This document shows, piece by piece, positions 29,551-41,455 of a stretch of 64,000 bases of DNA; position 1 is the first letter of the stretch, and each line of letters starts with the position of its first letter. Source of the stretch: Escherichia phage REP2. Location: the sequence record OQ174501.1; one strand, written 5' to 3'. Both the position numbers and the translations under genes were made by a program. The notes under the pieces were generated by a model. The model worked only from the letters and a program-made list of their open reading frames with translations, made no database searches and was not told where the DNA came from.

Positions 29551-30411
29551 ATGAAACAATACCAAGATTTAATTAAAGACATTTTTGAAAATGGCTATGA
29601 AACCGATGACCGAACGGGCACAGGAACAATTGCTCTGTTCGGTACTAAATTGCGTTGGGATTTAACTAAAGGCTTTCCTGCAGTAACAACTAAAAAGCTC
29701 GCCTGGAATGCATGCATTGCTGAGCTAATATGGTTTTTATCAGGAAGCACAAATGTCAATGATTTACGATTAATTCAACATGATTCATTAATTCAAGGCA
29801 AAACAGTCTGGGATGAAAATTACGAAAATCAAGCAAAAGATTTAGGATACCATAGTGGTGAACTTGGTCCAATTTATGGAAAACAGTGGCGTGATTTTGG
29901 CGGTGTAGACCAAATTATAGAAGTTATTGATCGTATTAAAAAACTGCCAAATGATAGGCGTCAAATTGTTTCTGCATGGAATCCAGCTGAACTTAAATAT
30001 ATGGCATTACCGCCTTGTCATATGTTCTATCAGTTTAATGTGCGTAATGGCTATTTGGATTTGCAGTGGTATCAACGTTCGGTAGATGTTTTCCTCGGTC
30101 TTCCATTTAATATTGCATCATATGCTACGTTAGTTCATATTGTAGCTAAAATGTGTAATCTTATTCCTGGAGATTTGATATTTTCTGGTGGTAATACTCA
30201 TATCTATATGAATCACGTAGAACAATGTAAAGAAATTTTACGTCGTGAACCTATGGATTTATGCGAATTACAATTAAAATTTCCAGATGAATTTGATGAA
30301 TGGGACACAGAATCGCAGGTATTTTGGTTGAGTCAATTTGCAAAGCCTCATAATTTTGTTCTTAACAACTATGAATCACATCCTCCTATTAAAGGAAAGA
30401 TGGCGGTGTAA
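29551..30411 (+). CDS. td: Thymidylate synthase (uninterrupted, no intron)
   Basis: 286 codons as a single ORF, equal to the spliced T4 TS length; conserved TS motifs (RTGTGT, active-site PPCH). Confidence 0.9.
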   Translation: MKQYQDLIKDIFENGYETDDRTGTGTIALFGTKLRWDLTKGFPAVTTKKLAWNACIAELIWFLSGSTNVNDLRLIQHDSLIQGKTVWDENYENQAKDLGYHSGELGPIYGKQWRDFGGVDQIIEVIDRIKKLPNDRRQIVSAWNPAELKYMALPPCHMFYQFNVRNGYLDLQWYQRSVDVFLGLPFNIASYATLVHIVAKMCNLIPGDLIFSGGNTHIYMNHVEQCKEILRREPMDLCELQLKFPDEFDEWDTESQVFWLSQFAKPHNFVLNNYESHPPIKGKMAV

Positions 30412-30419
30412 TTTTATTA

Positions 30420-30695
30420 TTGCGAGGATATATGATTTTACGATTTAAAGATACTTCTGGTGTAGTTCTTTTTACACTTCCTAACCCAAGCGAGTTAGAA
30501 GTTCCAGGACCAAATCAGCCTATTATCATTTATGGCAAAAAATATTATACTCATAAAATGACCCGTGAGTATTTTGATAATAAAATTTCCACAGTTAAAA
30601 CTTCTTCTGACTGTTACTACGATATTACTGTTTTAACGGAAGAACAATATGAACACTTACAACCGCGCAGGCCGTATATGCCGAGTAGTGAATAA
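30420..30695 (+). CDS. Hypothetical protein (91 aa)
   Basis: ORF downstream of td. Confidence 0.45.
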   Translation: MRGYMILRFKDTSGVVLFTLPNPSELEVPGPNQPIIIYGKKYYTHKMTREYFDNKISTVKTSSDCYYDITVLTEEQYEHLQPRRPYMPSSE

Positions 30696-30975
30696 ATACA
30701 AATCCGACTTTGATGTTAATATTCACCGCGGTACATTTTGGGGAAATTACGTCGGTAAAGATGCTGGCAGCCGAGAGGCTGCCATTGAATTATTCAAAAA
30801 AGATTTTATACGTCGAATTAAATCCGGAGAAATAACTAAAGCACATTTAGAGCCTTTACGTGGAATGAGGCTAGGATGCACATGTAAACCAAAGCCGTGT
30901 CATGGTGATATAATAGCTCATATAGTTAACCGATTGTTTAAAGACGATTTTCAAGTTGAGGACTTATGCAATTAA
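30649..30975 (+). CDS. DUF4326-like protein (108 aa)
   Basis: Motifs FWGNYVG...RE.A...F and [20 protein letters not shown] match the DUF4326 signature as I recall it; overlaps the previous ORF by 47 nt, so its start is uncertain. Confidence 0.4.
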   Translation: MNTYNRAGRICRVVNKYKSDFDVNIHRGTFWGNYVGKDAGSREAAIELFKKDFIRRIKSGEITKAHLEPLRGMRLGCTCKPKPCHGDIIAHIVNRLFKDDFQVEDLCN

Positions 30976-32399
30976 TTAATGTTATCAAAAGTAGTGGTGT
31001 TTCTCAGAGCTTTGACCCGCAAAAAATTATTAAAGTTTTATCTTGGGCAGCTGAAGGAACATCTGTAGATCCTTATGAATTATATGAAAATATTAAATCA
31101 TATCTCCGTGATGGAATGACCACTGATGACATTCAGACTATTGTCATTAAGGCTGCTGCGAATTCTATTTCAGTTGAAGAGCCTGATTATCAATACGTAG
31201 CTGCACGCTGTTTAATGTTTGCTCTTCGTAAGCATGTTTACGGGCAATATGAACCACGTTCATTTATTGACCATATTTCTTACTGTGTAAATGAAGGTAA
31301 ATATGACCCCGAATTATTGTCAAAATATTCAGCAGAAGAAATTACATTTTTAGAATCAAAAATTAAGCACGAACGGGATATGGAATTTACTTATTCCGGG
31401 GCGATGCAATTAAAAGAAAAATATCTAGTTAAAGATAAAACCACTGGTCAAATTTATGAAACTCCACAGTTTGCATTTATGACTATTGGAATGGCATTGC
31501 ATCAAGATGAACCTGTTGATAGATTAAAACATGTTATTCGTTTTTATGAAGCAGTATCTACTCGACAGATTTCACTGCCAACTCCTATTATGGCTGGTTG
31601 CCGTACTCCGACTCGACAGTTCAGTTCATGCGTTGTTATTGAGGCAGGAGATTCATTGAAGTCTATCAATAAGGCTTCCGCTTCGATTGTTGAATATATC
31701 TCTAAACGCGCTGGAATTGGTATTAACGTTGGTATGATTCGTGCTGAAGGTTCTAAGATTGGCATGGGTGAAGTACGCCATACTGGTGTTATTCCTTTTT
31801 GGAAACATTTTCAGACTGCAGTTAAATCATGTTCACAGGGTGGAATTCGTGGCGGCGCTGCTACTGCTTATTATCCTATTTGGCATTTGGAAGTTGAAAA
31901 TCTTCTTGTTTTGAAAAATAACAAAGGCGTAGAAGAAAACCGCATTCGTCATATGGATTATGGTGTTCAACTGAATGATTTGATGATGGAACGTTTTGGA
32001 AAGAACGATTACATTACTTTGTTCAGTCCCCATGAAATGGGCGGAGAGCTTTATTATTCTTATTTTAAAGACCAAGACCGTTTCCGTGAATTGTATGAAG
32101 CCGCAGAAAAAGACCCTAATATTCGTAAAAAGCGTATTAAAGCTCGTGAACTATTTGAATTGCTCATGACTGAACGCTCAGGAACAGCAAGGATTTATGT
32201 ACAGTTCATTGATAATACGAATAACTATACTCCATTTATTCGTGAAAAGGCACCTATTCGTCAGAGTAACTTGTGCTGTGAAATTGCTATTCCAACAAAT
32301 GACGTGAATAGCCAACAAACCCGTTTAATCAAAATTAAGAAGTCGGATGTAGCTAAGTTTTATGAAGCTAATCCTGGCGGTATAATTCAAAGCAAATAA
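30966..32399 (+). CDS. nrdA: Ribonucleotide reductase alpha subunit, N-terminal piece (477 aa), truncated by insertion
   Basis: ATP-cone N-terminus and class I core up to the active-site segment SNLCCEIAIPTNDVN; then 29 unrelated codons and a stop. Confidence 0.85.
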   Translation: MQLINVIKSSGVSQSFDPQKIIKVLSWAAEGTSVDPYELYENIKSYLRDGMTTDDIQTIVIKAAANSISVEEPDYQYVAARCLMFALRKHVYGQYEPRSFIDHISYCVNEGKYDPELLSKYSAEEITFLESKIKHERDMEFTYSGAMQLKEKYLVKDKTTGQIYETPQFAFMTIGMALHQDEPVDRLKHVIRFYEAVSTRQISLPTPIMAGCRTPTRQFSSCVVIEAGDSLKSINKASASIVEYISKRAGIGINVGMIRAEGSKIGMGEVRHTGVIPFWKHFQTAVKSCSQGGIRGGAATAYYPIWHLEVENLLVLKNNKGVEENRIRHMDYGVQLNDLMMERFGKNDYITLFSPHEMGGELYYSYFKDQDRFRELYEAAEKDPNIRKKRIKARELFELLMTERSGTARIYVQFIDNTNNYTPFIREKAPIRQSNLCCEIAIPTNDVNSQQTRLIKIKKSDVAKFYEANPGGIIQSK

Positions 32400-33150
32400 A
32401 GTACACAGACCGTTAATAAATAATCCATAACAAGAGGAAAAGTTATGGATTATTCTAAAATTTACAATAACCTTATTTCTAAAGCTAAGAACAGAAAATT
32501 AGATTGCTATACCGAATCACACCATATTATACCTCTGTGTATTGGTGGTTCTGATACAAAGGAAAACCTGGTAGATTTGACACCCGAAGAGCATTACATA
32601 GCTCATCAATTATTAGTAAAGATATATCCAGATAATCATAAATTGGTATTTGCCGCTAATATGATGTGTGTTTATTCTGAAGATAATATTGAACGAAAGA
32701 ACACCAATAAACGCCATGGGTGGCTTAGAAGAAAATTGGCTATTTCTGTATCTGAAAATAATAAAGGCAAACCAGCTTGGAACAAAGGTATTCCGGTAAC
32801 TGACGAGCATAGAGAAAAACTTCAAACAACTTGGGTATTTACTTTCCCGGACGGTCATGAAGAAATCCATAAAGGCCTAAGAGAATTTTGCGAACTACAT
32901 TCACTCAATGCTTCGGCAATGTCGGCCGTATGCAAAGGCAAAAGGTCTCAACATAAAGGCTTTAAGTGTCGAAAGCTTGATAATATCTCTGAAAACGATA
33001 ATCAAGAATACGTCAGTAAACCTCATCCAAAGGGATTAAAACCCCATAACTTAATTGCTGTAAAAATAAACGGTATAGAATATCAATCAATACATCGAGC
33101 ATCTAAAGCTCTAGGAATATCTCGAAAAAAGGTAGAAGAATTAAATGAAT
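32310..33150 (+). mobile_element. Homing-endonuclease gene insertion splitting nrdA (about 0.84 kb)
   Basis: Segment between the last conserved NrdA codon (about 32309) and resumption of NrdA-like sequence (about 33151) carries only a free-standing HNH endonuclease ORF. Confidence 0.5.
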
Positions 33151-33155
33151 ATTGA
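32445..33155 (+). CDS. HNH homing endonuclease (Mob-like, HNH plus NUMOD/HTH modules)
   Basis: N-terminal HNH motif (ESHHIIPLCIGGSDTKENLVDLTPEEHYIAH), NUMOD3-like KPAWNKGIPVTDEHREKL, C-terminal HTH-like segment; own RBS AAGAGGAAAAG. Confidence 0.8.
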   Translation: MDYSKIYNNLISKAKNRKLDCYTESHHIIPLCIGGSDTKENLVDLTPEEHYIAHQLLVKIYPDNHKLVFAANMMCVYSEDNIERKNTNKRHGWLRRKLAISVSENNKGKPAWNKGIPVTDEHREKLQTTWVFTFPDGHEEIHKGLREFCELHSLNASAMSAVCKGKRSQHKGFKCRKLDNISENDNQEYVSKPHPKGLKPHNLIAVKINGIEYQSIHRASKALGISRKKVEELNEY

Positions 33156-34134
33156 TTATGAATTTGTAGATGAATTTTACGAAGATGATGAGTATACAAC
33201 AATACAAGTTATTGAAAACAAAGGTGAAGTGGGCCTCTGTACTCTCTCTGCATTCGTACTGGATAATTTTGACTGGCAAGACCAAGATAAAATTAATGAA
33301 TTGGCAGAAGTCCAGGTTCGTGCTCTTGATAATCTTTTGGATTACCAAGGATATCCAGTTCCTGAAGCAGAAAAAGCTAAAAAGCGTCGTAACCTCGGTG
33401 TAGGTGTTACTAACTATGCAGCTTGGTTGGCAAGTAACTTTGCTTCTTATGAAGATGCTAACGATTTAACACATGAACTATTTGAGAGATTACAGTATGG
33501 ACTCATTAAAGCATCCATTAAACTCGCCAAAGAAAAAGGACCTTGTGAATATTATTCAGACACTCGTTGGTCTCGAGGCGAATTACCTATCGACTGGTAC
33601 AATAAAAAGATTGACCAAATCGCAGCTCCAAAATACGTTTGTGACTGGTCGTCGCTGCGGGAAGACCTTAAGCTCTTTGGCATCCGTAATAGCACATTAT
33701 CAGCACTTATGCCATGTGAGTCATCTTCCCAAGTTTCTAACAGTACAAACGGTATCGAGCCTCCACGTGGACCAGTCTCTGTTAAAGAATCAAAAGAGGG
33801 CTCCTTTAATCAAGTCGTGCCCAATATTGAGCATAACATAGACCTTTATGATTATACATGGAAATTAGCTAAGAAAGGTAATAAACCTTATCTTACGCAG
33901 GTAGCTATTATGCTGAAATGGGTTTGTCAATCAGCTTCGGCGAATACATACTATGACCCCCAAATCTTCCCTAAAGGCAAGGTTCCAATGTCAATAATGA
34001 TTGATGACCTTTTGTATTTCTGGTATTTTGGCGGAAAAAATTTCTATTATCATAATACCCGTGACGGTTCTGGTACTGATGATTATGAAATAGAAACTCC
34101 AAAAGCTGAAGATTGTTCATCCTGTAAATTATGA
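33145..34134 (+). CDS. nrdA: Ribonucleotide reductase alpha subunit, C-terminal piece (329 aa)
   Basis: Begins MNIDYEFVDEF... and continues with GEVGLCTLSAF and the conserved C-terminal CxxC tail; ATG overlaps the endonuclease stop. Confidence 0.85.
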   Translation: MNIDYEFVDEFYEDDEYTTIQVIENKGEVGLCTLSAFVLDNFDWQDQDKINELAEVQVRALDNLLDYQGYPVPEAEKAKKRRNLGVGVTNYAAWLASNFASYEDANDLTHELFERLQYGLIKASIKLAKEKGPCEYYSDTRWSRGELPIDWYNKKIDQIAAPKYVCDWSSLREDLKLFGIRNSTLSALMPCESSSQVSNSTNGIEPPRGPVSVKESKEGSFNQVVPNIEHNIDLYDYTWKLAKKGNKPYLTQVAIMLKWVCQSASANTYYDPQIFPKGKVPMSIMIDDLLYFWYFGGKNFYYHNTRDGSGTDDYEIETPKAEDCSSCKL

Positions 34135-34185
34135 TATAATTTGACTCACGGACGAGTCACCAACTATTAACTAAGCGGAAAATTT

Positions 34186-35364
34186 ATGAGCACAGTTTTT
34201 AATACAAATCCAGTTGATGTTTTAAAAGAACCTATGTTTTTTGGTTCAGGTCTTGGTATTGCGCGTTATGATATTCAACGTCATAAAGTTTTTGAAGATT
34301 TAACCGAAAAGCAGTTGTCATTTTTCTGGCGTCCTGAAGAAGTAAACTTAATGATGGATGCTGCACAGTTTAATAAGCTTCCTCAATATCAGCAGAATAT
34401 TTTTACTAATAATCTGAAGTATCAATCACTTCTGGATAGCATTCAGGGTCGTGCACCGTCTGCTGTACTTATGTCGTTAATTTCAGACCCAAGTCTTGAT
34501 ACATGGGTTGCTACATGGACTTTTAGTGAAACTATTCACAGTCGTTCATACACTCATATTATGCGAAATCTTTATACTGATCCGTCAAAGGTATTTGATG
34601 AGATTGTATTAGATAAAGCTATCATGAAACGTGCTGAATCTATTGGTCGTTATTATGATGATGTTCTGGTTAAGACGCGCGAATGGGAAAATGCAAAAGA
34701 AATTTTTAAATGTTTTTCCGAAAATGAATATGATTTAGATGCATATTCAAATAGTCTTATGCATGTGGAAGAATGTAAATATGCATTGATGAAGTCGCTT
34801 TATCTCTGCCTTCATGTTATCAATGCCCTGGAAGCTATTCGTTTTTATGTATCCTTTGCATGTACTTTCAACTTCCATAAAAATATGGAAATCATGGAAG
34901 GTAATGCGAAGATTATGAAATTCATTGCTCGAGACGAACAACTCCACCTTAAAGGCACCCAGTATATTATTCGTCAGCTCCAACTTGGCACTGATGGTGA
35001 TGAATGGGTTAAAATTGCCAAAGAGTGTGAACAAGAAGCAGTTGATATTTTCATGGAAGTTAACCGCCAAGAAAAAGATTGGGCAGTTCATTTATTTAAA
35101 GATGGCGATGTTCCTGGATTAAATACAAATAGCATGTGGAGCTTTATTGATTACTTAACTGTGTCTCGTATGAAACAGTGTGGTCTTCCATGTCCAATTA
35201 CCGATGCTCCGGTTAAACATCCATATCCTTGGATTCGTGAATACCTTAATTCTGATAATGTTCAATCCGCGCCGCAAGAAGTAGAACTGTCATCTTATCT
35301 TGTTGCACAGATTGATAATGATGTTGATGATAAAGTTATGATGAGTTTTAAAAAATATTTTTAA
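34186..35364 (+). CDS. nrdB: Ribonucleotide reductase beta subunit (uninterrupted, no intron)
   Basis: 392 codons as a single ORF with ferritin-like R2 motifs; T4 NrdB about 388 aa after splicing. Confidence 0.9.
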   Translation: MSTVFNTNPVDVLKEPMFFGSGLGIARYDIQRHKVFEDLTEKQLSFFWRPEEVNLMMDAAQFNKLPQYQQNIFTNNLKYQSLLDSIQGRAPSAVLMSLISDPSLDTWVATWTFSETIHSRSYTHIMRNLYTDPSKVFDEIVLDKAIMKRAESIGRYYDDVLVKTREWENAKEIFKCFSENEYDLDAYSNSLMHVEECKYALMKSLYLCLHVINALEAIRFYVSFACTFNFHKNMEIMEGNAKIMKFIARDEQLHLKGTQYIIRQLQLGTDGDEWVKIAKECEQEAVDIFMEVNRQEKDWAVHLFKDGDVPGLNTNSMWSFIDYLTVSRMKQCGLPCPITDAPVKHPYPWIREYLNSDNVQSAPQEVELSSYLVAQIDNDVDDKVMMSFKKYF

Positions 35365-35368
35365 GGAG

Positions 35369-35384
35369 TGGGCCGCAAGGCCCA
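35369..35384 (+). other. Hairpin TGGGCC-GCAA-GGCCCA between the denA SD and start codon
   Basis: Perfect 6-bp stem with GCAA loop; GGAG at 35365-35368 lies 5' of it and the ATG at 35392 lies 3' of it. Confidence 0.55.
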
Positions 35385-35391
35385 TTTTATT

Positions 35392-36979
<1,588 letters not shown>

Positions 36980-36982
36980 GCT

Positions 36983-37012
36983 GTTTACAAGTCCCTCGTG
37001 TTGTGTTATAAT
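36983..37012 (+). promoter_or_regulatory. T4-type early promoter (alc), part of a duplicated promoter-leader module
   Basis: GTTTAC at 36983-36988, 18-nt spacer, TATAAT at 37007-37012; about 52 of 58 nt identical to 52823-52880. Confidence 0.6.
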
Positions 37013-37043
37013 AATCTTACTGACATAACATGAGGACTTTATA

Positions 37044-37547
37044 ATGGATTTGCAGCTTATTACTACTGAGATGGTCGTTGAAGCATACGGTGATACTACA
37101 GATGGGATTTCTGTATTCAAAGGAAATCGTCGAGTTGGATATATCACCGATCTTAAGAAAGATTTAGCTAAGCAAGTCAAGCGGAAAACTACCATTAAAG
37201 AATATCGAAATCGTCGTCTTGAGCAAGCCCGCGATATGCTTCCTGATGCGGTTGAAGAGATGAAAGTCTTTTTAGAAAATCAACTCGCTAAGTATGAGTG
37301 CGAAGTGTTCATTAATCAGACTCAGCCCAATGTTCATATCAATAGCTGTAAATGCTATATCATCGTTAATCCTTTGACTGGAAAGCATCGTCTTGGAATT
37401 AGTAATCCAAATCGTAGTGCATCGGATATGGCAGAAGATGTTGAGGCATGCTTTAAAATTTCTAAATCTCCGGCTGAACATCATATTTTAATTAACGGTC
37501 TTTCTCAAGACGATATTGTAGAGGTTATTAAAACTTTATGCATGTAA
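37044..37547 (+). CDS. alc: Alc (host transcription unfolding/termination on cytosine DNA)
   Basis: 167 codons as in T4 Alc; position after rnlA. Confidence 0.85.
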   Translation: MDLQLITTEMVVEAYGDTTDGISVFKGNRRVGYITDLKKDLAKQVKRKTTIKEYRNRRLEQARDMLPDAVEEMKVFLENQLAKYECEVFINQTQPNVHINSCKCYIIVNPLTGKHRLGISNPNRSASDMAEDVEACFKISKSPAEHHILINGLSQDDIVEVIKTLCM

Positions 37548-37891
37548 GTAATTTTACAGCTGGATTGCTATTACTTGTAATAGCATTTGGCGGAACATCT
37601 ATTATTTTAAAAAATAAGGTAGAAAGATTAGAAACATCAGTTACTGAAATTACAAAAACGGCCAATGAAAACGCCTTAGCATTAAATAATTTACGAATTC
37701 AGTATAATTATATTGATGCGATGAATAATAAAAATCGTGAGGCGATTGCTGCTATTGAGCGTGAAAATGAAAAACTGCGCAAAGACGCAAAGAAGGCGGA
37801 TGTGGTGGCTCGTAAGCCAGGATTGGTTGAAAAACAAATCAACAACTCCTTCAACAAGTTCGCAGAAGACATCCAGGACCTTTCTAAATGA
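37538..37891 (+). CDS. Hypothetical membrane-anchored coiled-coil protein (117 aa)
   Basis: N-terminal transmembrane segment (TAGLLLLVIAFGGTSIIL) followed by a charged helical region. Confidence 0.5.
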   Translation: MHVSNFTAGLLLLVIAFGGTSIILKNKVERLETSVTEITKTANENALALNNLRIQYNYIDAMNNKNREAIAAIERENEKLRKDAKKADVVARKPGLVEKQINNSFNKFAEDIQDLSK

Positions 37892-38187
37892 TTAAACTAT
37901 CAGCAGTAATATTATCTATTGGTCTTCTAGTTGGTTGTTCGACAAAGCCTCTAGAAGTAAAGAAAGAAACAGTTCATCCTAATTGGCCTGTACAAATAAA
38001 GTCATATGACGAAGCTAAACTATCTTGGCAAGTTAAAGTTATTGATGGTAAAGCTTGGGTCGGTATGCCATTTGAAGATTCTCAGGAATTTCGTATTTGG
38101 CTTAATGATGTAAAACGATATGTACACGACCAGAAAACTATGATATGTTATTATCGTCAAGAGTTAAAAGAGGATAAATGTAAATGA
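37888..38187 (+). CDS. Putative lipoprotein (99 aa)
   Basis: Signal peptide with lipobox (AVILSIGLLVGCST). Confidence 0.5.
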   Translation: MIKLSAVILSIGLLVGCSTKPLEVKKETVHPNWPVQIKSYDEAKLSWQVKVIDGKAWVGMPFEDSQEFRIWLNDVKRYVHDQKTMICYYRQELKEDKCK

Positions 38188-38410
38188 TTTCATGGCATCA
38201 ATTTGAACATCTCAAAGGATTGATTTATGAATCCGAGATGGCTGCAATGATTTATGGACGCCAGATTCAGCGATTAGAATCTTTACCTCCAACTAATGAT
38301 GTTTTATTAGCTCAATCACGTGCTAATCTTAAAAATGAATATCAAAATAAGTGGGGTAAAGCATCTAAAGACCTGCATGATTATATTCAATCATTAGTTG
38401 AGAAAAATAA

Positions 38411-38414
<4 letters not shown>
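38184..38414 (+). CDS. Hypothetical protein (76 aa)
   Basis: ORF with ATGA overlap to its neighbour. Confidence 0.45.
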
Positions 38415-39632
<1,218 letters not shown>

Positions 39633-39633
<1 letters not shown>

Positions 39634-39830
39634 TGGCTTGGCACCATGAAACTTGGGCTATTGTTATTGTAAATAGCGGTTTAGTTGGTACTAGTAATGG
39701 GCAATTTTGTGTATTTACTAGTGAAAATAGAGCATGGGAGGAATGCCTTAAATTAAGAGAAAAGAATCCTGATGTTGAACTAGTAGTAAAGAAAACTAAA
39801 CTGCCTTTACCATGGAAAACGTATGAATAA
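39633..39830 (+). CDS. Hypothetical protein (65 aa)
   Basis: ATG overlapping the pseT stop (TAATG); the listed upstream start is rejected. Confidence 0.4.
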
Positions 39831-40023
39831 CCTAGAAAAGATTTATCGTCTTTGTGATAAAATTGAAAAAGAAAAGAAATATCTATTTTGTCTATGGCCT
39901 ATTGTTGACGGAAGAGTAGGCCTAGATGTTCTTGATTATGAAACAGAAGACAAAGTAGATGGCGCAACTTTTGATAACGCTTTGGATGTTATTGATTGGC
40001 TTGAAGAAAATTATGTGAGGTAA
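39823..40023 (+). CDS. Hypothetical protein (66 aa)
   Basis: ORF overlapping its upstream neighbour by 8 nt. Confidence 0.4.
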   Translation: MNNLEKIYRLCDKIEKEKKYLFCLWPIVDGRVGLDVLDYETEDKVDGATFDNALDVIDWLEENYVR

Positions 40024-40025
40024 AT

Positions 40026-40301
40026 ATGTTTCCGACTTACTCTAAAATCGTAGAAGTAGTGTTTAGCCAAATTATCGCTAATAATATGTTTGAAAAACTT
40101 GATAACGCAGCTGAGCTTCGAATCCATGCTCAAGTGATTCATGTATTGAACACTTTGCTTCCAGACCAGGTGGATTCTGTTGCCATCACGTTGTATCCAG
40201 GTTCCGCGCATATCATTGTCGTATTCGGTCTTGATGCTGAGCTAGTCATCAAAGGCGATATTCGCTTTGAATCACAGACATCAGAATTCAAAGCAATTTA
40301 A
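40026..40301 (+). CDS. Hypothetical protein (91 aa)
   Basis: ORF with short RBS. Confidence 0.4.
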   Translation: MFPTYSKIVEVVFSQIIANNMFEKLDNAAELRIHAQVIHVLNTLLPDQVDSVAITLYPGSAHIIVVFGLDAELVIKGDIRFESQTSEFKAI

Positions 40302-40302
40302 A

Positions 40303-40332
40303 GTTTACTTTACGGTAGAGTTGTGATATTAT
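40303..40332 (+). promoter_or_regulatory. T4-type early promoter with palindrome flanking the -10
   Basis: GTTTAC at 40303-40308, TATTAT at 40327-40332; GGTAGAGTTGT and ATAGCTCTACC form an 11-bp inverted repeat. Confidence 0.55.
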
Positions 40333-40362
40333 AGCTCTACCAAAACAAACGAGGAAATTGAA

Positions 40363-40890
40363 ATGAGCGAATGGTTTGAAGAAGATAAGGTTTATCGCTT
40401 TAAAACTGGGTATAAAGATATTTTTAATGAAACTTGCGGGGCTAATAAACGAATTGCCCAGTTTATTGGGGAAAATTCATTTAAAGTAAAAATAGATCCT
40501 GCGAAAAATGTTATTAGCATTAAACGTGAAATTGATGATTGTTGGTATAAAGCTGTTGATGTAATGGGTGAATCCTATAAAGTTAGCCCGTTATTTTCAA
40601 TTGCTTATATGTTAGAATATTCTTTTTTCGAAGAAGTTCAAAAAGATGATTCTGTAAGTAAATTTGAAATTAAAACTGATAAAGAAATTAAGTGGAAAGT
40701 AGTAGGTATTACTGGTTGTATGTTCTATATCTATGCTCAAACTGATACGAAGGAAGAAGCTAAAAAGAAAGCTCTAGAATATCTTGAAGAGCATGAAGAA
40801 GGTCCGGTAATGATTACCCAAGATGCTGAATTAGTTTCTGTCAAATTAGTTAAAAATGTTGAAAGTAAGGAGCTAGGATCAACATGCTAA
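40363..40890 (+). CDS. Hypothetical protein (175 aa)
   Basis: ORF with RBS ACGAGGAAA. Confidence 0.5.
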   Translation: MSEWFEEDKVYRFKTGYKDIFNETCGANKRIAQFIGENSFKVKIDPAKNVISIKREIDDCWYKAVDVMGESYKVSPLFSIAYMLEYSFFEEVQKDDSVSKFEIKTDKEIKWKVVGITGCMFYIYAQTDTKEEAKKKALEYLEEHEEGPVMITQDAELVSVKLVKNVESKELGSTC

Positions 40891-41120
40891 GCGAAAAACC
40901 AATTACTGTTAAAGAATTCCAAGAAAAAGTTAAACTATTTGCTCAAGAATTGGTAAATAAGGTTTCTGAACGATTTCCTGAAACGTCGGTTCGTGTTATT
41001 ACCGAAACTCCTCGTTCGGTATTAGTAATTGTGAATCCAGGTGATGGTGACCAAATAACACATCTCAAATTGGATTTTGATGGATTAGTTGAAGCACAAA
41101 GGGTGTATGGCGTACTATGA
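40884..41120 (+). CDS. Hypothetical protein (78 aa)
   Basis: ORF overlapping its upstream neighbour by 7 nt. Confidence 0.45.
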   Translation: MLSEKPITVKEFQEKVKLFAQELVNKVSERFPETSVRVITETPRSVLVIVNPGDGDQITHLKLDFDGLVEAQRVYGVL

Positions 41121-41455
41121 TGAATTTAACTGATATAATTGATAATTGTCTTGAAAATGATACTGGCGATCATAGAGCGCTTGACTCTGAAACAGCAAAG
41201 TTCATTAGAATAACTTTAATGAATGATACTCTGGTGAATAGTATTCATCCTTCTGTGTATGATGCTATTATTGTGACGAAGTATCCGGTTGAGCTTCATA
41301 AAAAGATGGTTGGCGCAATTTTTATTGATAAGAAAAACCGCTTTAAAGATGGGCAGAATATAATTAGTTCTGTTATTAAAAGTATAACTAAACTTCGTCA
41401 CGAAATTTATCGTGTTGAAACTGCTAAATCTGCTTATCTGGTGATTATGAAATGA
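41117..41455 (+). CDS. Hypothetical protein (112 aa)
   Basis: ORF with ATGA overlap. Confidence 0.45.
   Translation: MMNLTDIIDNCLENDTGDHRALDSETAKFIRITLMNDTLVNSIHPSVYDAIIVTKYPVELHKKMVGAIFIDKKNRFKDGQNIISSVIKSITKLRHEIYRVETAKSAYLVIMK

Noticed and set aside
32310-33150. Group I intron in nrdA
   Set aside because: Only about 130 nt of the insert is non-coding, which is too little for a group I ribozyme core, and the downstream NrdA piece has its own overlapping ATG; a free-standing endonuclease insertion is the more economical reading. Still needs RT-PCR.
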